64,000 nt of DNA from Eledone cirrhosa (GCA_964016885.1 OZ024743.1:290284001-290348000), one strand, 5' to 3'. Shown: positions 24,769-40,197, counted from the first letter of the stretch. The notes: generated by a model not told the origin, from the sequence alone. A program made the numbers and translations.

Positions 24769-27494
24769 TGAAAACAGGGAGAAAGAGACGATCATGAGGA
24801 AGAAAAATATATTGTTTTCCTTTTTTGTTTCTATCTCTCTTTTTTCTGGGTTAGAAAATGATTAAAACGAAATGTTTTACTTTGTGTAAAGTGTTAAGGT
24901 ATTAGTTGATTTATTTATTATTTAACAATGGCATTTATTTATCTATTTATCTATTTAATTATTGTCTATAACAATGGCATTTATTTATCTATTTATATAT
25001 TTAATTATTGTCTATAACAATGGCATTTATTTATCTATTTATATATTTAATTATTGTCTATAACAATGGCATTTATTTATATATTTAATTATTGTCTATT
25101 ACCGGTTGCAGCATTTATATGCATTATAAAATGATAGTGGATTGTATTAGTGTGGTGTCAGACATGTTAAACAGAAGGTGCAGAAAGAATAATGTTACAT
25201 ACAAACAAGATTTAAGAAGTGAAAAGAAAAAAGAAAAAGGAAAAAAACGAGCATAATCTGGAACGTAAAAAGTCAATGTGGAAGAAAAAATAATGTTATT
25301 TACAAGCACAGTCATTGAAGTTAAGTAGTTCAAAATGTGTTAATATAGCAAGAGTGCTTAATTGAACCATGGTTCCGTGATGGAAGCAAATGGTGGACTG
25401 AGGTTTGATATGATTTCCCTTTTTAGAGAGTTAATATGAAGTAGGAAGCAATTGTTGCTTGGTGATATTTTATTTATTTAAGAAAAAGGATTAGATAGGG
25501 TGTGAGGGAGGTAACTCTTGTAACTGTTTGATGGTTTGTTGCAGTTTTAGATTGGTCCGATTTTTAGAGCATTAAGTAGTGGTTGAAATTTATTAAAGAA
25601 ATGTGTTTCCTTATTGGTACGTTCGATGAAAGTAGCGTTGTCTATGAATTTGTAAATTGGGAACATTTTAAAGTTTGGATGTTGGTTGAGAGCACAATTG
25701 GCGATATGTTCACTAAATGCAACTTACTGTATTCCTGTATTTTAATTTGTGATTTATGGACGGTCATACGTTGACGGAGGCTGTTTTTTGTCTGTCCTAT
25801 GTAGTGCTCTTGACAAACTGAGCAGGTCAAAACATAGATAAGGTTTTCAGATGCACATGTAAAGTGTTTAACTGTGAAACGTTGTCCTTGTTTAAAATGG
25901 AATGTTGAACCTTCTATTACATTTATGCATATGCCACATTTGGCCTTCCGCATTTTGTAACTGTAGGGTTCATTGTGAGGGTTTGTTGGATTTCGTCTTG
26001 TGTGAGGATGTTTTTTATGGATTTGGGTTGTCTTTTGCTCTTTATGATGTTGTGTGTTAGGAGAATATTGTTCATTCTTGGGTCTCTTTTTAGTAAAGGA
26101 ATGTTCTGGAGGATGGTGTCGAATGCCTCATTGTTGAGGGGATTGTGTGTGGAGATATGGTAGAGTTTTTTGTTGCGGTTCATTCCTGGGTTTGTGGTGT
26201 CTGAGTTCCTGGATGTCTAGTATTAGGGCACGTTGGAATCCATTGGTGATTAGGGATGGTGGGTAATTTCTGCTGATTAGTGTGTTTTTTAATTCTTCTA
26301 GTCGTGTGTAGCATGTGTATTTATCTGAAAATAGTGTGCAGATCGTTCTGGCTAGGTTATAAGGAATCGCCATGTTGGTGTGTCTAGGGTGGCACGAGTT
26401 GAATGGAAGGTATTGTTTGGAGTCTGTGGGTTTGTAGTATATGTCTGTTTCTACTTTGTTACTTGTTTTCTTGATGAGGATGTCGAGGAAAGGGAGTTGA
26501 GTGTTGAGCCCATTCAGAAGGGTTTTTTAACTCAAACAGTCTATCTATACTTTCATGCCAGAGGATGAAGCAGTCGTCCAGATATCTCTTCCAGTTCTTT
26601 TCTATGTGTTGGTAGAAGTAGTTGCCGTTTTTAACTAGAACTTTGCGGTAGAGATTGGTTTCCAATTATCCCATGACAAGGTTGGCGTATGAGGGGGCCA
26701 CTTTCGTACCCATGGCAGTCCCAGATTTCTGTCTGTAGTATTTGGTATTGAGTTTGAAGAAATTGTTTTCCAATATGAATTTAAGTCCCTCCAATACAAA
26801 TTCTTTAGGGATGCGCTGTGGAAGTTCACTAGGGAAATTGTCCATCAAGAATTGTATTGCCTCTATCCCTAGGTTGTGTGGGATATTGGAATATAAATTG
26901 ATGACATCAAAGGTTACTAGAAGGGTATGTTCGTTATTGAGTGTTGTTGGGAGGTGGTTGAACATGTCAAGGTCGTCCCTTATGAAGCTTTTTATATGTT
27001 TTAGGGAAGGTTTAAGCAGAATATCTAGGACGTTGCTTAGGCGGTGGGATTCACATGTGGTGCCTGCTATTATGGGTCTTAATTTAAGGTCATCAGGAGG
27101 GACTATATTGATGTAAACATCTGTGGCTTGCTTGTAGGCCCTGCCTATTACTTAGCTTATGTGTGTCTTGTGTATACCGTAGAAGAGGCTGGTTCTGCTT
27201 TTCAAATTGGTGATGTAGTTGTATTCCTTGTCTGTAAGGCCTTCTTTGTAAAGGGTTCTTAGGTATTTTAGGTTTCTCATTATTTTCTGTTGTGTGTAGT
27301 GTTGGGCCTTTTCATAATATATTTGGTTTTCTAGAGTTGAGAGTACTAGAGTTTTGTAATAATCTGTCTCCATAAGGACTTCTGCACTCCCTTTATCTGT
27401 CTCTTTGGTTGTTAGGGTTTTATCGTTTTTTAGACTGTTAAGACCATTCCATTCTTTTTTTCTCAGGTTTGGGTTTTGTTTATGTCTGTGTAGG
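24769..27494 (-). mobile_element. Penelope-like element PLE-2 (Neptune-like), left arm
   Basis: ORFs 27152-27502 (TDKGS), 26666-26965 (FDVINLYSNIPH, GTAMGTKVAPSYANL), 26459-26665 (WKRYLDD) and 25642-25953 (NLIY..YIGQT). Confidence 0.95.
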
Positions 27495-30400
27495 AAACCC
27501 AAATCTACACTCCCCCACTAACCGCACTCTACTACAACAACACCAACAGGGGACAGTACAACCACACGAGTCACCCTAACCACTACAACCACCATAGCTA
27601 CACACCATATAACAGCAACAACAGGAATCAATATGAACACACAAGACAACCCTACTAGAACTACCAGCAAGTCTACACACCATACAACAACGGCAGTGCT
27701 CAACACAACAGCACGATACAACCCAACTTCAACAACCACCACAACTTCACACCCTTGAACCACGTCCATCAAATCTACACACCCTACATCAACATCAGCA
27801 GGGCTCAATACAACCACATGATACAACCTAAACTCAACAACCACCACAGCTACACACCATATTACAACAACAGCAGGAGCCAAACAACTATAAGAGACGT
27901 CCAAACTTCAACAGCCATCACAACTTCCGTAATCATTTTTTAGACACAGCACATACACACAGGATTACAAAATAACACAAAACACACAGGAGACACAAAA
28001 TGCAATAAAAATTGTCAATTTAACCTCTAAATAATTAACAACGGACCAAATCAACATACTCTCCAATGGTCTAAAATTTACACAAACTCCCCAACAACCA
28101 CACTACTCCGAAATGAAGGAGGATATTGCAGAATTCAGTAGAAAACCAAGACTCAGCGAACAACTATAGGACAAATACAATGAGGATGACTAAATAGCCA
28201 GAAATAGAAGCAACTACACCCCAACAAAAGGCAAGAATAATTTCCTCGATCAATTCTGCGACCACATTACTAATTAACCATACCACCACCTACACAGACA
28301 TAAACAAAAACCAAACCTAAGCAAAAAAGATTGGAATGGCCTTAATAGTCTAAAAAACGATAAAACCCTAAGTATACCCAAGACACACAAAAGCGAAGTA
28401 ATAGGCAGGGGCTGCAAGCAAGCCACAGACGTTTACATTAATATAGCCCCTCCCGATGACCTTAAATTAAGACCCATAATAGCAGGCACCACATGTGAAT
28501 CCTACCGCCTAAGCAACTTCCTAGATATTCTGCTTATACCTTCCCTAAAACATATAAAAAGCTTCAGAAGGGACGCCATGACATGCTCAACCACCTCCCA
28601 ACAACACTCAATAACGAACATACCCTTCTAGTAACCTTTGATGTCATCAATTTATATTCCAATATCCCACACAACCTAGGGATAGAGGCAATGCAATTCT
28701 GGATGGTCAATTTCACTAGTGAACTTCCACAGTGCATCCCTAAAGAATTTGTATTGGAGGGTCTCAAATTCATATTGGAAAACAATTTCTTCGAACTTAA
28801 TGCCAAATACTACATACAGAGATGTGCCCCCCACCCCTCATACGCCAACCTTGTGGGATATTTGGAAACCATTCTCTACCGGAAAGTTCTAGACAAACAT
28901 GGCAACTACTTCCACCAACACATAGAAAAAAACTGGAAGACATATTTGGACGACTGCTTCATCCTCTAGCATGAAAGTATAGATAGACTGTTTGAGTTCA
29001 AAACCCTTCTGAATGGACTCAACACTAACTTACAATTCACAATAGGTTACAGCCATGAACAACTCCCTTTCCTCGACATCCTCATCAAGAAAACAAGCAA
29101 CAAAATAGAAACAGACATGTACTACAAACCCACAGACTCCAAACAATACCTTCCATTCAACTCGTGCCACCCTAGACACACCAAAATGGCATTTCCTTAT
29201 AACCTAGCCTGAACGATCTGCACATTAGTTTCAGATAAATACACATGCTACACAAGACTAGAAGAATGAAAAAACACACTTATCAGCAGAAACTACCCAC
29301 CATCCCTAATCACCAATGCTTCCAACGTGCCCTAAAACAAGACATCCAGGAACTCAGACACCCTAAACCCAGGAATGAACCGCAACAAAACAACTCTACC
29401 ATACATCTCCACACACATCCCCCTCAAGAATGAGGCATTCGATACCATCCTCCAAACATTCCTTTACGAAAAAGAGACCCAAGAATGAACAATATCCTCC
29501 AAACACACAAAATGATAGAGAGCAAAAGACAACCCAAATCCATAAAAAACATCCTCACACAAGCCAAAATCCAACAAACCCTCACAATGAACCCTACAGT
29601 AACAAAATGCGGAAGGCTTAAATGTGGCATATGCATAAATGTAATAGAAGGTTCAACATTCCATTTTAAACAAGGACAACGTTTCACAGTTAAACACAAC
29701 TTTACATGTGACTCTGAAAACCTTATCTATGTTTTGACCTGCTCAGGTTGTCAAGAGCACTACATAGGACAGACAAAAAACAGCCTCCGTCAACGTATGA
29801 CCATCCATAAATTACAAATTAAAATACATGAATATAGAAAGATTGCATTTAGTGAAAATATCGCCAATTGTGCTCTCAACCAACATCCAAACTTTAAAAT
29901 TTTCCCCATTTACAAATTCATAGATAACGCTACTTTCATCGAACGTACCAATAAGGAAACACATTTCCTTAATAAATTTCAACAACTACTCAATGCTCTA
30001 AAAATCAGACCAAGCTAAACTGCAACAAACCATCAAACATTTACAATAGTTACCTCCCTCACACCCTAACTAATCCTTTTTCTTAAATAAATAAAATATC
30101 ACCCAGCAAGAGTTTACTTCCCCCTGCATATTAACTCTCTAAAAATGGAAATCATATCAAACCTCAGTCCACCATTTGCCTCCATCACAGATCCATGGTA
30201 CAATTAATCATTCTTGCTATATTAACACATTTTGAACTGCTTAACCTCAATGACTGTGCTTGTAAATAACATTATTTTTTCTTCCACATTGACTTTTTAC
30301 GTTCCACATTATGCACGTTTTTTTTCCTTTTTCTTTTTTCTATTCCCTTCTTAAACCTTGTTTGTATATAACATTATTCTTTCTGCACCTTCTGTTTTAA

Positions 30401-30668
30401 CATGTGCGACACCAGACTAATACATTCCACTATCATTTGATAATGCATATAAATGGTGAAACCGGTAATAGACAATAATTAAATATATAAATAGATAAAT
30501 AATTGCCATTGTTAAATAATAAATAAATCAACTAATACCTTAACACATCACACAAAGTAATACATTTCGTTTTAATCATTTTCTAACCCAGAAAAAAGAG
30601 AGAGAGAAACAAAAAATGAAAACAATAAATTTGTCTTCCTCATGATCGTCTCTTTCTCCCTGTTTCCA
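27495..30668 (+). mobile_element. PLE-2 right arm (low-complexity N-terminus, RT, GIY-YIG, 3' pLTR)
   Basis: IVNLTS..LSNGLKF.. at about 28010; ORFs 28583-28969 and 29485-30018 (CGRLKCGIC, CDSENLIYVLTC, YIGQT); 3' end is the inverse of 24769 onward; ends in (TA)n. Confidence 0.95.
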
Positions 30669-31044
30669 TATATATATATATATATATATCATGTTGTTGA
30701 CGCCATAATCATCATATTTAAACTCTGGGGCTTAGACGTGGTATAGTTGTCATTGGTGTGGCGATGACCCTACTGGATACTAGTACGCTTTTTGTGGTAG
30801 TAAGCTTTTTTGACATCAATAACTGTGGTAGCTGTGACCCAATCCCCTTTAAGCCACCGTCCGTTGTGGATTTTTTGGGGATTTTTTTATTCGAAGCAAA
30901 CACATTGTATATGTTTCCATATCAGTTTTATTCGATTCAGACACTAGGTTAATAATAATATTATAAAGACACACACATACACACACAACCACACACACAT
31001 ACACACACACACACACACACACATACATACACCCCCCCCCCCCG

Positions 31045-31116
<72 letters not shown>

Positions 31117-31149
31117 ATGTGTGTGAATATATATACATATACATATATA

Positions 31150-31910
31150 ACTTTAAATAACTTTGATAGGTTTCGGCCAGTATTGGTCCAGGCCTTATCT
31201 AACCTAAAAGCCCCACCTGGCGAAGTCTTTCAAATCAGGATTTGGACACCATGGCCCACTCAATTAGAGGGTTATTGTTTACGGAGACATATCCAGGTGT
31301 AACAGGTCTATCCTGGATTTCTTGATGAAATTTCTCCAAAGATATCTTCAATTTCATGCGGTCTGTTTTGTTTTAATATGTTTTGGTGTAATGTTAAAGA
31401 GAGATGAAATAATTGTGCCGTATTGTTGCTATGAGATGCAGAGCGTGATTTCTGTTGTGGGCGGATAGCACGAGGCCTAAGACTTGATTGTACCTCAAAG
31501 GTGATGCCAACATCATTTGGGAAATGCAGATGGAATATCTTCCACATCACGCAGATAATGTAGCGCTCACGGCGACGTTGGGGAGAATAATGTTTGGGTT
31601 TCTCCGATCGACCCCAATAGTCAAGGCTTGACATGCAAACTATCTTTCTCGTGATTGACCTTTGAGAAGCTCAAACTTTCATGACACTTCGTTTCCTGTA
31701 TGGAGACCACAATGGATAACAGTATATTCAATGTGGGGTCGGGCAAAAGTGGAGAAGAGAAGGATAATAGTGTGGATATCTCTCGACTGGAAGGTTTTAA
31801 GAATCCAGGAACGAATTCTGCGCGACATGTCAACATTGGTGTTTATATGAGTGGCCCAGCTTATGTTTCTGTCCACAATTACTCCCAGGCCTCTCATGTT
31901 ATTGGATGAT
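31150..31910 (-). mobile_element. CR1-clade LINE 3' fragment
   Basis: RGLGVIVD.NISWATHI...RPHIEY...YSPQRRRERY motifs; 3' stem-loop and short repeated tail at about 31150-31200. Confidence 0.85.
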
Positions 31911-31963
<53 letters not shown>

Positions 31964-32924
31964 TACATACCCACACACACACACACACACGCACAGACAC
32001 ACGCATATATATATATAGAGAGACAAAATTGTTCATAGTTAAATGAAGAAAATATGTTCATTCAACTGAATGATACAGTCTTTTGATTAATATAAAGAGA
32101 AGGGAATAAAATTTAGTCATTTGGACTTTGGTTTCTATCAGTTTTCCTAATTTTATCTTTTATCGCCTTTATTTGAGTAATTCGTCGAAAGGCATTCGTC
32201 GAAAGAGAACTGCTTTCTTGCGATCTGCAGTTGCTTTATTGCATACCAATGTACAGTGCGATGAACAATATCAATCTTAATATATTGAATCTGAAGTGAT
32301 TTCCAAACATCGTTTGTTAAGCTTGAACATTCGAACATATGAAATACTGAGGGATTAGATTTATAGAAGATATATTATGTTCAAATACAGAAAATAACTG
32401 CAATAAGAGTTATTTGCTACAAAATAGTTTATAGAAATCGAGTAAAGATATTTAGAGAAAGAAATAGAATCCCGTATCTCTCAGATACTGTCTATGTATT
32501 CTCACCATTGTAGTAAGTGTCATCTAATCCAATCTCACCGTTTAAATGAAGATGATGAATCAAACAGTTTTTGACCGTTATACAACTTCTATAAATTCTT
32601 TTCCTCAGCGCTTTGTAATTTCTAATTTAGAATATTCCAGCTTCACGCACGATGTGTGATTACTTTGACAGCAACCTTCGCTTCAAATCCTGCAAACATT
32701 TCAACCGTTCATAATTCTCATAAATATGTTTTCATAAAGAAGCCTTCTTAAATATTTGTATTTATCAACGTTGGCTAATACTTGTATTATCTTTAACTAT
32801 TTGTCAAACAGCTATGTGCTACATATAAATAAGAAATGTAGTGCTTTAACGGTATAAATTCAAATCAAATAAGCAATTATAAACACATATGTTAACGTGA
32901 AATAAATGAACAAATATCACACAA

Positions 32925-33720
32925 CCCAGAACAGCTAGCTATGTAGACGATCTGGCCATCATGAGTTACTCTAGAACTGATCTGCAAGATTTTTCTGAAT
33001 CTACTGGCCAACCATCATACAGTGGAGGCTGGCTTGTGCCTCAACATCTCCTAAACAATGTGTATGACACCTGATAAAAACAATGCCAATCTCCATCTCA
33101 CAGCCTACAACCAGCAAATTTCTCAAGTTACTGAGTTTGTATATCTCGGTCACACACTATGATCAAACAACAATGGAATTGTTGCTGTGCAGTATCGCAT
33201 CGCTCTGGGTTGGGCGGCTTTCAACAAGAACAAGGAAGTACTAACATCAAAACGAGCTTCCTATCAATTGAAGGGTAAGATCTTCGATACTTACATATTG
33301 CCAGTTGTGTTATATGGTCTTGACTGTGTTAATTGAACGACAAGGTCACTTCAGAAACTCTCTACATTCCAGAACCACATCATGAGACTTATGACTAGCA
33401 AGCGGCTCAGCGACCATATCTGTATCAGTGAGCTGCTCAACATTACCAGACTTAGACCAATTACATCAATTGTCAAGTCAAGAGTACTCCAACTATACTG
33501 TCATATAAAAAGAGCAACTTGTGGTATGAATAGGTTATGCCTGGAAGGAAGGTTGGCTGGTAAGAGAAGCAGAGGCAGGTAGCAAAAACGATGGCTTGAC
33601 AATGTCAACTTATGGACTGGTCTTGATCTTTGCTCCTTAAACTCTGCTGCTGGTGATCAAAGTTTGTGGAGAAAAATATCTCATGTTGATTTGCAGTCTG
33701 CAACTGGTGGAGTTTAGCGT
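32925..33720 (+). mobile_element. RTE-clade LINE 3' fragment
   Basis: LAYVDDL, EFVYLGH, ILPVVLYG, GKRSRGR..KRWLDNV; same family as 56010-57390. Confidence 0.88.
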
Positions 33721-36700
33721 CAAAGTATAGTAATGCTCAGCATAACAGAATCTTTAGGAAACATCTTAAGAAACCAATGACGGAGCAATTATGTGTTCTC
33801 GATATGTTTTAGTTTTACAGCAAAATCTCATTTGAATAACACGCTAACATCATTAAGAATGATAACAACGCCAAATAATTATGTTATTGTCAATTAAAAC
33901 ATATATATGCCAATAAATGGGTGTTTAATTTCAACTATTATATATGGCATTCAGTAATACACTAGAGAGGAAATATTGAGTTTAGCCAGTGTAGTAACCT
34001 AAATGATCAGGGTCAGCTAAATAAAGGTTTATGAGATTTATTAAGTATCACCACATCAGTGTGTAAACCATAAATATTGGCTCAAATACTATATATGTAT
34101 TGACTATTAATTTACATATCGATAACATTCTTGATATAGACTTTAATCTGGATGTTTTTTATGATGTCTGCCTATTATTTTCATCTAAAAGACACGCAAT
34201 CTAGATCTTTCGAACAACATTATATATAATTTTGGAGGCCTCGAAATTTCTCAGATTTCCAGCGCACTTCTCAAAATATATTACCATGGTGTCTTTAAAA
34301 CATTATAAATGTCCGTGATTTCGTTTCTATGACGAAGATATAATTGACAGATTTATTCACAAACGCGATAAGATAATTGAATTGTAAATCTAAATTGCAC
34401 TTCCATGTGAATTCATGAACTCATGTGAAAGGATAATTCTTCTAAAGGACAGTGATGACGTTCAATTGTTTAACTGTACTTTCTTCGTTGCCGCTTTAGT
34501 CGTTCGTTTAGTACAATTATTTCGTGACAACCGTTCAATTATGACACTATAAACCATGTCGTTGTGTAATATTTCGCTATATCATGACATTGCAACAATA
34601 TCTGATTTATATCTCCAGATATGTATACATATATCATACAATGACACCATCCCAGCATCAATTCGCTTTTATGCATTAGATGTATTGACTAAAAATTGAC
34701 ATATCATGCGTAAATGCCGAATTTAATTATTCACCGTGCCTTAGAATCTGGCATGGAAAATTATAGGGAAAATAAATGAAAAAGTAAAAGGCGAGAACAA
34801 GAAAATGTTATCAATTCATTGAAATATGTCTTAAATATTGACATGAAACAGGAAATTAAATTTAAACATTTACATTTTAAATAAATGTGGCCAAAGTGGA
34901 GACCTGACAAGTGGAAGCTTGACTGCATATAAAACACCTTCGTCTCAGTAGGTTCTAATAGCAAATCGCGCCAAGACCGATTTTAATTATATCCATCGAG
35001 GTATGATTAAGATACAGCACTATGTTCTTAAAGATAGTTTACTATAAAAACTGCTATAGCGGCGGCAATTTGCACGAATATGAGTAATTTTACTTACACC
35101 ATTAAAACTATTTGAAAAGTCCTGATTGTCTCACCATCCATGTTCTCTACTATGAATCCTATAAGAGTTACTTACACCTTATACAAAATAAGGCATCGCT
35201 AGGCTATAAATTCCATGCAGCAAGTGAACTTTGAGATACAAAATTCCATATTAACTTTCTTCTATTTATTTTTCAGTGGGATAAATATAATATTTGGCTT
35301 ATTATATTTGGTATGATGGCGTGACCTGAAGTGATAGTATTGTGACAGCATACATCTGCAAAACGCATGCCTCGAAATTTAATGAGAAAAAATATCATTG
35401 CTAATACATTTATCAGTCAATGGACTATATAGCAACATTAAAACATTAAGGAACGACATAAATGTGACACATTTCACCTATCCTAAAAATATTGCTTTTA
35501 TATCACTTGTATGAGGAACTTATGGTACTATTTCTCTTACTTGGCTGAGCGATTAGGGTTTTGGTTTGGTTGTATGCAGATGTAAGTAAGCTGTTAGATA
35601 TATGAGCGGTTGGAGTATATGTTGCGTTATTAGCTATATAAATTGTTACAGATAGGTAATAATAATGTAACAGCAGTATACTCTGACCAGTGTATTACTT
35701 TCTTTGTTATTGCAACCTCACGCTTGTCCGTAAATTATTGTTTTACTGTTGTATATATCTCACAAAATGCAGAAGTCAATAAAATCAATTACAGTAATTT
35801 ACTGATATTTTATTTCTTCGAGACCCAAAACCTACGTGACAGAATAATCTGATTGAGAATCGAACTAGAACCTACAACACCGGAAAAGATAATTCTCTGC
35901 ATTTTGTCCAAGCTTTGATACTGTTGTCAAATCCATGAATTTTCCCTTTATATAAGAAACAAAATGTTTAATAATTTGATTTATTTCGCGATGCATATAC
36001 GACCATCAATGGCAAACTATTACATCTGTAGTTGTAGTTGGACTCTGCTTTGCAGGGTCAACTTGTATATAGCGTGCCTATTTCAGTATGAAGTTTGCAT
36101 CATCCAATATTTAATAGATATTGATTGATTGATTAATGACCTCTATCATTTCATTAACAAAAACCGATAACAGCCGTTCATATGACTGAAATGCCATCAG
36201 TAATAAATGAGTTAGAAAATTATTTCACAAAATCCTCTCAGATCTTACAGAAGATTCAAACCTATTTATTTTAGGGCATATTTTCTTTTAGAACGGAAAC
36301 TTCCAGGGATTTAGATACGAAGTAATCGATAGTTTTATTGGGTTTTCAGTATTTACATTATTCTCTGTGCTCTCAGATATATATGTAGATCAGTGATTTT
36401 AAAGTTCTAAAGTTTTACTGCGAGAGAACTATCTTTGTAACTTTTAGATATTTACCGTCATTTCTCTGATCTTTTCGGAATATATTTTGGGTAAGTAACT
36501 TTTAGAAGACATTTCGATCATCCAAATCTATATGTTTACTAAGCAGATTTTCTATAATTCCTTTGCAATGATTTGAAATGGAGAAAATCACACTTAAGGA
36601 AGAAACAGAAAATATAATCGATTGTATTTTTACATGTTAGGCAAACACAATCTATAAAAGAATATCTCACTTTTGGCAGAATACCAGAATAAATAAATAT

Positions 36701-37405
36701 AGAAAATGCATACTTCATGTTACATGATCCAAATGAAATCACACATCATAATAGGAATAATAAATGGGAAAAGAGATTTAGAATCCGTATAGTAGAACAT
36801 TTGTCTGAAGGCAATTGTTGTATGTAATATAACATTCCCTGCCATTTGCGAATGTATACTAACAGAAATGTTTCTAATAATCATAAAAAAAAGAAACAGT
36901 TTCATTCTTTGGGAATTTGCGTACATTTCGTTCACATAGATATACATGTGAATCTAAACGAAACGCACAGTTAGATCAGCAAACTATTCTGAAATAAACT
37001 GTTAATTATGTAATATTAAATAATTAACACCTATATGAGGAAAGAAGCGGCCAATTATTTATAAGAATGATTATCAAGAAATATGTTAGGTTGATTATTG
37101 TTAATAAGATTATAATTTTCCGAACTGATAGCTTCATCTTTCATATTATATAATTTCAAGGTTTATCTTTACATCTTATTTCGATCAGATCCATTCCGAA
37201 GTATACATTGTGCTTGCTATCTGTGTTGGTATAAAATATGCACAAATTAGATTGAAAATACAGAAAATAATATATATAAATTAAAAGTAACTTTTTGTAC
37301 AATAAAATATCCTAAATTGAAAACAATCTGTGAATATGTAGAAATATTGATATGTTAAGGATATATAATATAACATAATATATTATAATGTAATATAATA
37401 TAATA

Positions 37406-37488
<83 letters not shown>

Positions 37489-37494
<6 letters not shown>

Positions 37495-37624
37495 CGTAAA
37501 ATAAGAACATTTTAAAAAATTAACTTACTTAACTGTCTTTATCCCATTGCAGAAACTAATTAGTTGGAGTGAACATTTTAGTAAGTAAGTTAATTTTTTA
37601 AAATTTTCTTATTTTACGTCTTTT
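37489..37624. repeat. About 135 bp foldback next to (TA)n, containing an HHR 3' half
   Basis: About 43 bp arms aaaagacgtaaaataag.../...cttattttacgtctttt; spacer holds GAAA-CUAAUUAG-UU. Confidence 0.8.
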
Positions 37625-37735
37625 ATATTATTGTTCTGCATCCTCCTGCATTGAACCACCTAGGTACTATGACATAACCTGTGTATTTGCTGGCATTAGC
37701 GTACATCTGTACGCATATGTTAGTAGATATACTAA

Positions 37736-37816
<81 letters not shown>

Positions 37817-37837
37817 ACATATATGTATACATATATG

Positions 37838-37920
<83 letters not shown>

Positions 37921-37924
<4 letters not shown>

Positions 37925-38789
37925 TCAGCAAGAATCGCATTTCGGCGGGTTTAAAAAAGGAAACAAGCCGCAAAATCAGGGTTATGCTGGCAAGCGTTCC
38001 ATAGTTAAAAAAACAGAGCTAAACAATATGTTAAAACGCCATACAAACTGAAAAAGTGGTCAAGAAAGCATTAACCACCTAAGCCAAAAAACAAATCAAC
38101 TTAAACAGGTCACAAAATAAATGATAAAAACAAATCTGGACCCATTGGAATTGATGGTAAAATCCAAATGCAGGGGTTCTATCACATCTAAATCAATAAT
38201 ACTGTCAGCTTAAAACTATAAGCTTTTGGTATAATGATCGAACAAGGAATATCACGTTATCAACAGCTATTTTACTCTGCACCAACTTTGTGAATGACAT
38301 AGAGCTTTGTAAAAGCAGATGTGTAATTCATAGGTGGAAAACCCCAAGATTTTGGCAAATCAATTCAGGATGTAAATAGCACAAATCGAATAAGCACTCA
38401 ACCGGGTAGTTTTTAAAATAAACTTATGCAATTAATCTGTCAATAGAATTAGTAACATGTTAATTGTAAGACTCGGGAGATTAATACAAATCTAAATTCA
38501 GCGAAAATCGCATTTCGGCGGGTAGAAAACGCGAAACGAACCGCAAAATCAGAGTTATACTGGCAAGCGTTCCATAGTTAAAAAACCAGAGCTAAAGAAT
38601 ATGTTAAAACGCCATACAAACTGAAAAAGTGGTCAAGAAGGCATTAACCACCTAAGCCAAAAAACAAATCAAGCTAAACAGGTCAAACAAAATAAATGAT
38701 AAAAACAGACCTGAACCCCTTGGAATTGATGGTAAAATCCAAATGCAGGGTTTCTATGACAACTAAATCAATAATACTGTCTGCTTAAA

Positions 38790-38795
<6 letters not shown>
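37921..38795. repeat. 1.5-mer tandem of an approximately 575 bp unit between (TA)n tracts; related copy inverted at about 51228-51540
   Basis: 37921-38220 repeats at 38493-38795; cttgttcgatcattataccaaaagctta is shared in inverse with 51229. Confidence 0.85.
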
Positions 38796-38855
<60 letters not shown>

Positions 38856-38858
<3 letters not shown>

Positions 38859-39570
38859 GTTTAGACAACAGAACGTGTGTATATGATACAGGCGTTCTGT
38901 AGAATTTATGACAGTATTTAATTAGCTCAATGCTTGAAAGCAGAGCCGTTATATGAAACAAAAACAAAGAGCGCTTACATCATCAATTAATCTTTATTTG
39001 CTGACAGTGTTTCGACTTGCATAATTGCAGGACTCGTGAGAGAATTATGAATAGGAATTAGATCAATAGTATGAACTCTACCAACCTATATCACAATAAT
39101 GATCCATATGTAGCACAGAGGACTAAGCATAGTGGGGTACTTGGACGACGCGTCACCGCTAGAAGCCGATACATATAAGACCAAAATCAGTTACAATAAT
39201 TAAAGATAAGGAAAAATAAAACATGAAGAAATTAAAGATAAGAGATAAAATATAAAGGGTAGAGTCTAGAAGTAAGGATGAAATAAAGATAACAATAAAG
39301 TGATGATAATATAAGAAAATATTAAAAAAATAATAAAAAATAATACAAATAAAAATGAGAATAAAATATGAGAATAAAAAATAGGAGGTGATAAAGATAA
39401 AAATAAAAAGGAAACATAAAAGGTAACACATTATATAAGCAATGCAAATAAATGCAAATAAATGTAGTTGTAGACAGTAAAGGATTTCAGGGGTGACAGT
39501 TTAAGTATAATATCAACCAAAGTAAATAATGTAGGCAGAGTCAGATCTAGCGGGAGTCAGATAAAGCGAT
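38856..39570 (-). mobile_element. PLE 3' end/pLTR remnant with degenerate HHR (38999-39044)
   Basis: CUCACGA-helix II-CGAAACACUGUC followed by AAUAAA; AT-rich UTR; abuts (TA)n. Confidence 0.55.
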
Positions 39571-39784
39571 CATATAGTGGAATTCCATTTATCCATCACA
39601 GTGTGGCAACAAATGTTATAGGTGGCGTTCAAATGCAAGTTATCTGTGTGGTTCACAGAACATATAGGTCTCCAAAGCAAATCGTAGTGGAAGCAGGTGA
39701 AAGCTATCATTATGGATTCAGTAGGATATAACGTTTGCATGTGTGTGTGTGTGTGTGTTAGTCTACGTAGACCTACGTACATAC

Positions 39785-39879
<95 letters not shown>

Positions 39880-40060
39880 TACATACATGTATATACGTGT
39901 TCCAGTCTTCCGTGTTACCCTTTCCGATTACAATACCACCCACTCCAGTCTCATGTTGGGTTCAATAGCTCCGTATCATCGCTGTGGGGTTGTGAATCCA
40001 TGCAATCCTAAGTTTCCCAGCATACCACGCGTATATATATATATATATATATATATAAAT

Positions 40061-40197
<137 letters not shown>

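Noticed and set aside
31165-31200. HHR-like UAGAUAA-GGCC…GGCC-GAAAC at the CR1 3' end
   Set aside because: Core deviates at several positions and no helix I/III closure; better explained as the CR1 3' stem-loop
36449-36497. Possible small host exon (AG…GTAAGT)
   Set aside because: Splice-like signals are common by chance; no recognisable peptide or supporting neighbours
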